Source: Deltaproteobacteria bacterium HGW-Deltaproteobacteria-14 | GTDB taxonomy: Bacteria > Myxococcota_A > UBA9042 > PHBI01 | DNA: 64,000 nucleotides | Direction: 5' to 3' | Assembly (NCBI GenBank): GCA_002841945.1 | Contig: PHBI01000002.1 | Span: forward strand, 11,972-75,971 | In this document: positions 38,091 to 46,082 of the stretch, in pieces | Layout: each line of letters starts with the position of its first letter | How positions within the stretch are numbered: position 1 is the stretch's first letter | Made by a program: the position numbers and the translations under genes | The notes under the pieces: model-generated | Database searches by the model: none | What the model was told of the DNA's origin: nothing | What the model saw: only the letters and a program-made list of their open reading frames with translations

Positions 38091-38344
38091 AGGAACCTCC
38101 GGGTGGACAAGGGTTGAGCCTCGACCCTGCAAGACCCCCGCGACACGCGCAACCGCCCCGGCCGACAGCGATTGATCGTCGGGGCCCGGATGGCGCGCTG
38201 CAAAAAGACATCCGCGGCGAGCCGATTCGCGCTCGTCCCCCGTCGCAAGCTGCCGGCCTTCGGCGGGGCGTTTTCGAAGCGCGCAAAGTGCCTTTGCGCC
38301 GCGCAATCGCGCTGGCGACCGGCCGGTGGGCGAGGCCCACGGCC

Positions 38345-38480
38345 CGCCGTCACGTCCGCGAAGATCGACCGCCGGGTCGCCCAACAGCTCGCCGCGCTGC
38401 CGCTCATTCGCTCGGCACTCGCCGAAGGGCACCTCGGGCTGGTCAATTGCCGAGCTGCTCGCCCGCGAGGCCACCGGAGC
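38345..38480 (+). pseudogene. Frameshifted N-terminal fragment of a DUF222-like/HNH gene
   Basis: RRVAQQLAALPLIRSALAEGHLG continues, after a frameshift, as WSIAELLAREAT in another frame. Confidence 0.5.
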
Positions 38481-38578
38481 GCCCGGCGCGGATGGCGGGC
38501 GGGACGCCCACCGTCCGAACGCCACCGGAGCGCCCGGCGGGGGTGGCGGGCGGGACGCCCACCGTCCGAACGCCACCG
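38470..38578. repeat. 2 x 51-bp direct repeat containing a REP-like hairpin
   Basis: GCCACCGGAGCGCCCGGCG..GGCGGGCGGGACGCCCACCGTCCGAAC at 38470 and 38521; hairpin GGGCG-GGA-CGCCC. Confidence 0.85.
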
Positions 38579-38622
38579 CGGATCAGCGCCCCCCGAGCGG
38601 CCAGAGACAGCGCGCTGACCGG

Positions 38623-41600
38623 TCAGCTGCCGGGCGAGCTGACGGCTGGCCGAATGGCGTCGCCGACGAGCTCGACGCGCCTGTGGCTGACGAGGTATTC
38701 GATGCCTGCCTCCATGGCCGCGCGGACCTTCTTGCCGGTCGTTCGGTAGCCGAAGAGGCGCGACAGCTCCGTCACCAGCTCGTCGTGGGCGATGGAGCCG
38801 GATTGTGAGACCAGCCACTCGGCCGCGTTGGCGACCTCCTGGGGGGGCAGGTGCTCGGCCGCCCGGCGGGTGTCGTTGTCGGGATGGAGGCGGAAGACGC
38901 GCCACGTCGTCGGGTCGACGTCCGGCGGCCAGAGGAAGTCCCCGCGCGTGACCGGCCGCAGCACCTTCGCGATGCGCATCGCCGCGACCTGGACCTTTTC
39001 GACGCTGCGCTTGGTCGCCTTCAACGCCCCCCAGGACGCCGCGACCCGGCGGGTGGCCTCTTCGATGTGAATGGGCCCCTCGGTCGCCACCACGCTGACG
39101 AGCCGCTCGGCGAGCGCAGGGCCGATTCGCGGGTCGTCCCACAGCTCCCGCTCGCCAAGCGCCGGTGTCTCGGCCTGGCGGTAGTCGATCGCGTGCTCGG
39201 GCAACGTCGGCTCGGCGGAGTCGGCCCCGAGGAGCGCGTCGATGTCGACCCTCGCGGACGCCAAAGCCGGCGCGGTCTCCACGGCGGCGGACTCGCCGTT
39301 GCCACCGCCATTGCCCCCATTGGACGCGCCGACGGTGGTTTGCACCGCCTCTCGGGCTTCGGTCAGGGCCTGCCGCAACCGCACCATCACCCGCTCACGG
39401 TCGTACCACCAGTCGAGCGACCAGATGCGGAACAGGCGCCACCCCAGAGATTCGAGCACCGCCTGGCGGAGGCGGTCACGGTCACGCGCGGAGCGCGCCG
39501 AGTGATAGGTCGCACCGTCGCACTCCACGCCGAGCAAGTAGCTCCCGGGCCGGTCCGGATGCTTCACGCCGAGGTCGATCCTGTAGCCGGCGCAGCCGAC
39601 CTGCAGATCGACCTGGAACCCCTCCGCCCGCAGCCGCTTGCACACGGCCTCCTCGAACGGGCTCTCGAAGTCGGCGCCCGAGTCGAGCGCCACAGCCTCG
39701 TCGATGGCCCGCGGCCCGCGCTTCGCATAGTCGAGGAAGGTCTTCAGGTGGGCGACGCCGACCGCCTTGGTGCGCGCCAGGTCGATCTGGTCGTGCGTCA
39801 GCGTGGAGAAGACGACCAACAGCTCGCGCGCCCGAGTGATTGCGACGTTCAAGCGCCGCTCACCCCCATCGCGGTTGAGCGGGCCGAAGTTCATCGCGAG
39901 CTTCCCGATTCGGTCGGGGCCGTAACAGATGCTGAAGAGCATCACGTCGCGCTCGTCGCCCTGGACGTTCTCCAGGTTCTTGACGAACACCGGCTCGGGC
40001 ACGGCGTCGGTGAAGAAGCGCTCGAGGCGCTCGTTGCGCTGTCGCAGGCCGTCGAGGAGGTCGAGGATGAGCGTCTGCTGCGCCTGGCTGAAGGTCACGA
40101 CGCCGATGCTCTTCTGCGACAACGCCGGGTCGGCGAGGCGGCGCGCGATCTCGGCTACGACCGCCTCAGCCTCGGCCTGGTTGGTGCGAGATTTCCCCTT
40201 GTCGTAGAAGCCCTTCGGAATGTGGCGCCACTTTACGCCGAGTGCTGGCACATCCGAGTCGGCCGCGGGGAAGATGTGCAGGCGGTTCTCGTAGTAGTGG
40301 TGGTTGCTGAACGCGATCAGCGACTCATGGCGGCTGCGGTAGTGCCACTTGAGCGAGTGCGAGACGAACCCGGCGCGGACGCACTCGTCGAGGATGCTCT
40401 CCAGCTCCTCCATGTCGTCGTCGTCGGGAGGGGCGTCGTCGTCGGCCTTCTGGAAGAAGTTGGTCGGCGGGAGCTGCTTGCTGTCTCCGACCACGATCAT
40501 CTGGCGCCCGCGCGCGATGGCTCCGATGGCGTCCCAGGGCGGGATCTGCGAGGCCTCGTCGAAGACGATGGCGTCGAAGAGCGACATGGACGGATCCAGA
40601 TACTGCGCCACCGACAGCGGGCTCATCAGGACACAGGGCTTCAGCTTCATCAGGGTGTGCGGGATACGGGAGAAGAGCTTGCGGATCGGCATGTGGCGGC
40701 GCTGCTTCTTCAGCTCCGTCCGCAGGAGCGCCAGCTCGCCGGGTCCGCTGATCGCCGGCAGGCGCGCAGCGAGGCGCGAGCGGATCTCTTCACGGGCAAC
40801 GGCCTGCATCTCCAGGTCGAGCTTCCGGAAGCGCTCGATGCGCGCGTCCTGTGAAGTGCCGCGGAACTCGCGCAGGGCAGGCACGCCGCTGACGGCCTCG
40901 TCGATCCACCACGTCGCCAGCCCGCGCTCGAAGCTCGGCAGCAGCGACTGGCCGTCGAGTTCACCTTCGGCGTGCGCCGCGAGAAGGCCGGCCACCGCGC
41001 CGTCCGTCGCGGCCCGCTCGACCGCGTCGCGCCACGCACACCAGCTGCGAAGCTCGCGGATGGCGCCGCGCCAGCCCTGAAAATGCGCGGTCGCCAGAGG
41101 AAGATCGGCCAACGTGCTGGTGAACCGGCCGCTGCCCTCGTTCAGCCGCAGGAGCTCCAAGAGCGTGGTTCGCGCAGCGCGGTAGGCGCTCCACGCCTCG
41201 CGATAGCGACGCACCGCCTGACCTCGGGGGCGGCTCGCTGCGAGCAGCTCGCGCTCGTCGGTCACGAGCGCGAGCAATCGCTCGCGTCCCTCCCGCCCGG
41301 CGAGGAGGGCCCCGCCGGCCATGTCATCGCCCAGGTCAAGCGCTACCGTGCGGTAGGCCTCGGCCCAGCGGATCATCGCGTCGATGGCGTCCCAGTCGGT
41401 GTCGAGCCCCTGCCAAAACGGACCGAGGAAGGCCTCGACCGCGTCGGACTGGCGCGCGATGGCCTCGTCCCGCTCCTTCACCGTCACGGCCCGCTCGAGG
41501 TCCTCGTGTGCTTGCAGGTTGGGCGGGACCTTGCCGTCTTTCGCGACCCGCTTGAGCGAACGCCGGGCGCTCCAGAGCATGAAAAACGCGATCAAGAAGA

Positions 41601-44556
41601 ACGTATGGGCCCACTTCCCGAACTTCGCGTTCAGCTCGCCGAGGTCCATCGAGAGCAGCCCCGCAGCGAAGTGCTCGTCGACGCCCGACCAGATGTCGCG
41701 GCGCTCTCGAACCGTCGCCTCGATGCCCTTGGCGCGCTGTCGATCGCTGGACCAGTTCGACGTTTGGAGCATCTCGCGGGGCGGTCCGGGTGAGCCGACC
41801 AGGACGTCTGCGGCGCGGTCGAGGCGGTCGAGCACGGCGTCCGTCAGCGCCGGCAAGGTGAGCCCCAACGCTTGCGCGGCCTCCGGGGCGGCGGCGTTGA
41901 CCGCGCGACCGCTCTCGAGCGCAGCGTCGAGGGCCTCGGTGATGGCGCGCTCGGCGTGCGGCGTCCAGTTGCCGACCGGTACGCCGCGCCAGGGATGGGC
42001 CGACGGGAGGCCGACGTCGCGAGCCGCGACTTCGACGGCTTCGAGTTGCTTGCGAATCTGGTCGACGCGTTGCGAGTTGACACTCCGCGGCGGGTCCAGC
42101 GGCACCGCGATCGCCGGAGCGGCTTCGTGCTTGAGCACGGCCGACGTGGCCTGGAAGACCGAGGCGCCATAGGGGCCAGGGATGTGAAGGGCCTCGGCGA
42201 AGCGATTGAGCGAGGTCCGCAGGCCGCGGAGCTCGTCGGCACGCAGCGCCCACTCGCTCGCGCCCCGCTTGCCGGCGAGCTCGAACGGGGCGGCCAACTG
42301 CCGGATCACCTCGGTCTTGTTCGACTTGTTCGAGTGGAGCTCGAGGCAGAACTCGCCGATGCCCGCGAGCTTCAGGCGCCGATGGACGACCTCGAGGGCG
42401 GCCATCTTCTCGGACACGAAGAGCACGGTCTTGCCATCGCCGACCAGCTGCGCGACGAGGTTGGTGATGGTCTGCGACTTCCCCGTTCCCGGCGGGCCTT
42501 GGAGGACGTAGCTGTTGCCATCCTTGGCAGCGAAGACCGCCGCGAGCTGGGATGAGTCGGCGTCAACGACGCAGAGGTCGTCGTGGACGGGCCGGTCGTC
42601 GTCGATGTTCGCCGCGGAGACGAAGGGGCGGGCGAGCGGGAAGGACGCCCCCTTGCCCTCCATGATGTGCTCGAAGAGCGGGTTCGCCAGCAGCGTCTGG
42701 GTGCGGTCCTCGAGGTCGGTCCACATCAGGTATTTGGAGAAGGAGAACTCGCCGATGGCCGCGGTCGCCTTGACGTCCCAGCGCGGGATGTCCATCACGG
42801 CGCGGCGGAAGCGATTGAGGATCAAAGGAATATCGAGCCCCGATGCGTCCTCGGGCAGCTCGTCGAGGCCGCGCACGTCGACGCCGAAGTCGGTCTCCAA
42901 TTTCTTGAGGAGGGTGACGTTGATGCGCGGGTCGTCGTCGGTGACGCTGACCCGGAATGGCTCGTGGGCCGAGCCTCGGTGGAGCTCGACCGGCAAGAGG
43001 ATCACCGGCGCGAAGCGCTCGGTCTCGGAGTTGTCGGCCTCGAACCAAGAGAGAAAGCCGACGGCGAGGTAGAGGGTGTTGGAGCCGGTCTCCTCGAGGG
43101 CGGTGCGCGAGTCCCGGTAGAGCTTGGTGAGGCGGCTCTGGAGATCGGCGGCGGCCAGGTCGGCGTGGAGACGACGGCGCTCGAGGGCGGCGGCGAGGAA
43201 GGCCCGTGCGGCGTCTTCGTTGACCCGCTGCTCCATCAGCTGGCCGCTGCGGGGACCGAACACCTCGCGCTCGTCGGGGCGAGGGAGCAGCGCGAGCTTC
43301 GACCCGCCGGCGAGGACGTCTTCGAGCGCCCCGACGTCGGCGCTCTTGAGGGGAATGATCGACTTCAGGGTGAAGCGGACGTTGAGCAGGCGGTTGCGCA
43401 ACGAGAGGTCGAGGAGCTTGCCCTTCCAGCGATCCAGCCGCGAGCGGGTGGACTCGACGCTGACGTGGTCGTCCGTCTCCGGGAGGTGGAGCTGCGGGAC
43501 GGTAGACGCGGGGAGCTGCGACGAGGGCTCGAGGACGCGTTCGGCAAACGCTTGCCACCCCGCCTCGGTCCGGCGGAGGGGGAGCGGGCGGATCTTCGCG
43601 ATTCGAGCGCGCTTGACGTCGATGGCGCAGACGAACTTGTCGGTGTCCTCGAGGTAGCGGCGGGCGACGTCGGAGGCGTGCCGGAAGTCGCTCTTCATGG
43701 CCGCCGCCGAGGAGTCGAATACGAGCGCCTCCTCGCCATCGACGCGCTTGCGGACCGCCGTCGGGTCGAAGATCGACGGGTCGGGGAGCGAGAAGTCGTC
43801 GAGCCAGACACCGGGGAACGCGTGGCCCTCGATGACGTTCAGGAACGGGTTCAGTCCGGTCTGCTCGAGGCACGCCGCGAACAGGACCGTGAGGTCGAGG
43901 CAGGTGCCCATCTGGTCAGCCAGGAGCTGGTCCGGGAGGCGGATCTTCTGGCCCTCTTGTTCGAAGCTGGCCGGCGGGTTGACGTAGCTGACCCCGAGCT
44001 CCTGGACGGCGCCGTAGATGGCCGCGCTCATCGCGACGACGCGCTGGCGGCTGCGCTCCTGGTAGCCGCTGAAGGTCGGGTCGCCGACCAGCCGCTCGAG
44101 GTGTCGCCGCGCGACCTTCAATACGGTCGCGATGGCCGGCTGGTTGGGCAGCACGAAGGCGGCGAGGAGCTCCGGGACCGAGCGCAGGCCGCTCCAGTGA
44201 TTGAAGGCGAGGATCTCGAAGTCGAGGGTCGTGGTGCCTGCAGACCGGCCGGCCACGAAGGCCTCCAGTCGGATGCGACCCGACTCGCTCTCGATCTGTG
44301 CGGCGAGCCGATCGGCCGATAGGGCCAGCGGGAGCGAGCGTAGGTTGTAGGTCGCGCCAGCGTCGATCGACGCGATGCGGGTGACCCAGGGCTCGAACAC
44401 CAGCGGGTCCGCGCTCACCCGGACCTCGACGTCCTCGACCCGCGTGTCGGCGAGGTTGTCGATCCTCAGGAGCCGAATGATGGGGACGTCGTTCTGTTGC
44501 AGAGCGAAGTTCACGCGGGGGTCGTAATCGCACTGGAGTCGTAGCTGAGTGGTCAC
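38623..44556 (-). CDS. Hhe-like defence protein: transglutaminase-like + DUF4011 + split SF1 helicase + Vsr/MTES_1575-like nuclease + DUF3320
   Basis: GTCLDL...GHAF; WKGKLLDLSLRNRLLN (DUF4011); QGPPGTGKSQT; FDEASQ; GDSKQLPP; HYRSRHESLI; NVQGDERD; RRLNVAITRAR; FESPFEE..QVGCAGYRIDL..ECDG..YH. Likely GTG start at 44556. Confidence 0.9.
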   Translation of the reverse strand: MTTQLRLQCDYDPRVNFALQQNDVPIIRLLRIDNLADTRVEDVEVRVSADPLVFEPWVTRIASIDAGATYNLRSLPLALSADRLAAQIESESGRIRLEAFVAGRSAGTTTLDFEILAFNHWSGLRSVPELLAAFVLPNQPAIATVLKVARRHLERLVGDPTFSGYQERSRQRVVAMSAAIYGAVQELGVSYVNPPASFEQEGQKIRLPDQLLADQMGTCLDLTVLFAACLEQTGLNPFLNVIEGHAFPGVWLDDFSLPDPSIFDPTAVRKRVDGEEALVFDSSAAAMKSDFRHASDVARRYLEDTDKFVCAIDVKRARIAKIRPLPLRRTEAGWQAFAERVLEPSSQLPASTVPQLHLPETDDHVSVESTRSRLDRWKGKLLDLSLRNRLLNVRFTLKSIIPLKSADVGALEDVLAGGSKLALLPRPDEREVFGPRSGQLMEQRVNEDAARAFLAAALERRRLHADLAAADLQSRLTKLYRDSRTALEETGSNTLYLAVGFLSWFEADNSETERFAPVILLPVELHRGSAHEPFRVSVTDDDPRINVTLLKKLETDFGVDVRGLDELPEDASGLDIPLILNRFRRAVMDIPRWDVKATAAIGEFSFSKYLMWTDLEDRTQTLLANPLFEHIMEGKGASFPLARPFVSAANIDDDRPVHDDLCVVDADSSQLAAVFAAKDGNSYVLQGPPGTGKSQTITNLVAQLVGDGKTVLFVSEKMAALEVVHRRLKLAGIGEFCLELHSNKSNKTEVIRQLAAPFELAGKRGASEWALRADELRGLRTSLNRFAEALHIPGPYGASVFQATSAVLKHEAAPAIAVPLDPPRSVNSQRVDQIRKQLEAVEVAARDVGLPSAHPWRGVPVGNWTPHAERAITEALDAALESGRAVNAAAPEAAQALGLTLPALTDAVLDRLDRAADVLVGSPGPPREMLQTSNWSSDRQRAKGIEATVRERRDIWSGVDEHFAAGLLSMDLGELNAKFGKWAHTFFLIAFFMLWSARRSLKRVAKDGKVPPNLQAHEDLERAVTVKERDEAIARQSDAVEAFLGPFWQGLDTDWDAIDAMIRWAEAYRTVALDLGDDMAGGALLAGREGRERLLALVTDERELLAASRPRGQAVRRYREAWSAYRAARTTLLELLRLNEGSGRFTSTLADLPLATAHFQGWRGAIRELRSWCAWRDAVERAATDGAVAGLLAAHAEGELDGQSLLPSFERGLATWWIDEAVSGVPALREFRGTSQDARIERFRKLDLEMQAVAREEIRSRLAARLPAISGPGELALLRTELKKQRRHMPIRKLFSRIPHTLMKLKPCVLMSPLSVAQYLDPSMSLFDAIVFDEASQIPPWDAIGAIARGRQMIVVGDSKQLPPTNFFQKADDDAPPDDDDMEELESILDECVRAGFVSHSLKWHYRSRHESLIAFSNHHYYENRLHIFPAADSDVPALGVKWRHIPKGFYDKGKSRTNQAEAEAVVAEIARRLADPALSQKSIGVVTFSQAQQTLILDLLDGLRQRNERLERFFTDAVPEPVFVKNLENVQGDERDVMLFSICYGPDRIGKLAMNFGPLNRDGGERRLNVAITRARELLVVFSTLTHDQIDLARTKAVGVAHLKTFLDYAKRGPRAIDEAVALDSGADFESPFEEAVCKRLRAEGFQVDLQVGCAGYRIDLGVKHPDRPGSYLLGVECDGATYHSARSARDRDRLRQAVLESLGWRLFRIWSLDWWYDRERVMVRLRQALTEAREAVQTTVGASNGGNGGGNGESAAVETAPALASARVDIDALLGADSAEPTLPEHAIDYRQAETPALGERELWDDPRIGPALAERLVSVVATEGPIHIEEATRRVAASWGALKATKRSVEKVQVAAMRIAKVLRPVTRGDFLWPPDVDPTTWRVFRLHPDNDTRRAAEHLPPQEVANAAEWLVSQSGSIAHDELVTELSRLFGYRTTGKKVRAAMEAGIEYLVSHRRVELVGDAIRPAVSSPGS

Positions 44557-44774
44557 TGCGTCTTCCCCTTGTGTCCGCGGCGGCGCCAAGGCTCGTGTGT
44601 GCGAACGGTACAGATGAAGATAGCAGCTCGCGGTTCGAGCGAACACCGCCCACGCGGCAGGCCCGTCGTCAGCCTCACCGCGGATGGTGCTCGCCGCGTC
44701 GCACCGCAAGCCCCAGTGAGGTGGTGGGAACGCGGTCCCCCGAGCCCGACGACGAGCGCCGCACCCTCCAGGTC

Positions 44775-44930
44775 ACCGTCGACCGCTCCAACCTGGTCGG
44801 CCTCTGCGTGACCTGCCACCTCGAGTTGCTCCACCAGCGGCGGCTTCGAGGCGGCGGGACAGCTCAGGCGAGCGGGTGGACGCTGGGGCGCGGCGGGCTC
44901 CTCACGGTCCACGGCCGGACCCGCGCGTGA
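44775..44930 (+). pseudogene. C-terminal HNH endonuclease fragment
   Basis: DRSNLVGLCVTCHLELLHQRRLRGGG...WTLG matches the NL..LC..CH...H tail of HNH proteins; the first half of the HNH motif is missing. Confidence 0.5.
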
Positions 44931-45069
44931 AGACCAGCTACGCCCGCCACCACCGCGGCCGACGCCGTCGCCATCGTGCGGACCCTCCTCGCCGCACACC
45001 CGTGAACCGGAACACGGATGGACAAGGGGCGGGGCGTCGGCCATCCTCGCGGCGACCGACCGAGGACCG

Positions 45070-45783
45070 ATGACAACCCCCTCCCGCGCAGGCGCCAGCA
45101 CCCTCACCGCACCATCCCCCGAGCCGCCGCGCTCGCGTGGTCGCGCTCAGGCGGAAGGCGTGATCCCCGACCAGGTGCTGGTCGCGCGGCTGCGGGCGGG
45201 CGACGAGGCGGCCTTCACCTGGCTGCTCGACCGCTACCACGGGCCGCTGATGCGCTTGGCGCGGACCTTCGTCGCGAGCGCCGCCGTGGCCGAGGAGGTC
45301 GTGCAGGAGACGTGGCTCGGGCTGCTCAAGGGCCTCGACGGGTTCGAGCAGCGCGCGACGCTCAAGACGTGGCTCTTCCGGGTCCTGGTCAACCGCGCCA
45401 AGACCCGCGGCGTGCGCGAGGCGCGCTCGGTGCCGTGGTCGGCGCTCGGACCCGAGGACGAGGGCGAGCCCGCCGTCGATCCCACCCGGTTCAACGCCCG
45501 CGGGCGCTGGACCAGCCCGCCCCAACCCTGGGAGGACGACACCCCGGAGGCCCTGCTGCTGCGCCGCGAGACCCGCGCGCAGCTCGAGGCCGCGATCGAG
45601 GCGTTGCCGCCGCGACAGCGGACGGTGCTGGTCCTCAGAGACATCGAAGGGGTCGCGCCCGACGAGGTGTGCGGCATGCTGGGGCTCAGCGACGCGAACC
45701 AACGCGTGCTGCTGCATCGCGCCCGCGCGGCGCTGCAGCGCGCCCTGGAGCGCCACCGGGCCGAGGAGGACGAGCGATGCTGA
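45070..45783 (+). CDS. ECF-family RNA polymerase sigma-70 factor
   Basis: GDEAAF..LLDRY, AEEVVQETW, LKTWLFRVLVN, LPPRQRTVLVLRD and NQRVLLHRAR; alternative GTG start at 45160. Confidence 0.92.
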   Translation: MTTPSRAGASTLTAPSPEPPRSRGRAQAEGVIPDQVLVARLRAGDEAAFTWLLDRYHGPLMRLARTFVASAAVAEEVVQETWLGLLKGLDGFEQRATLKTWLFRVLVNRAKTRGVREARSVPWSALGPEDEGEPAVDPTRFNARGRWTSPPQPWEDDTPEALLLRRETRAQLEAAIEALPPRQRTVLVLRDIEGVAPDEVCGMLGLSDANQRVLLHRARAALQRALERHRAEEDERC

Positions 45784-46022
45784 GCTGCCAGGAGCTGACG
45801 GAGCTCGTCACGGCATACCTCGAGGGGCGCCTGGGCCTGCTGGATCGGCTGCGCTTTCGAATGCACATCGGCATGTGCCAACACTGCCGCACGTACCTGC
45901 GCGAGCAAAAGCTGGTCATCGCCGCCGTGGGACACCTCCCCGCCGAACCCATCCCGGACGGGGTGCGCGACGAGCTGCTCGACCGCTTCCGGGACTGGAA
46001 GGGCGAGGACCCCAAGCCCTGA
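45777..46022 (+). CDS. zf-HC2 (ZAS) anti-sigma factor, soluble
   Basis: MLSCQELTELVTAYLEG...HIGMCQHC (H-x3-C-x2-C); overlaps the sigma stop. Confidence 0.9.
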   Translation: MLSCQELTELVTAYLEGRLGLLDRLRFRMHIGMCQHCRTYLREQKLVIAAVGHLPAEPIPDGVRDELLDRFRDWKGEDPKP

Positions 46023-46082
46023 GCGCACCACGAAGGGACGCTGGGCGTGAGGACGCGGGCGCAAAACCGCTGACGCCCGGTG

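Noticed and set aside
35025-38117. 1030-aa + strand ORF, and similar long ORFs at 18907-20697, 32966-34816, 46080-48434 and 59031-61784
   Set aside because: Antisense shadows of well-supported genes, typical of high-GC3 DNA; no motifs.
38281-38299. GCGCAAAG-TGC-CTTTGCGC hairpin as a terminator
   Set aside because: No U-tract follows on either strand; function unsupported.
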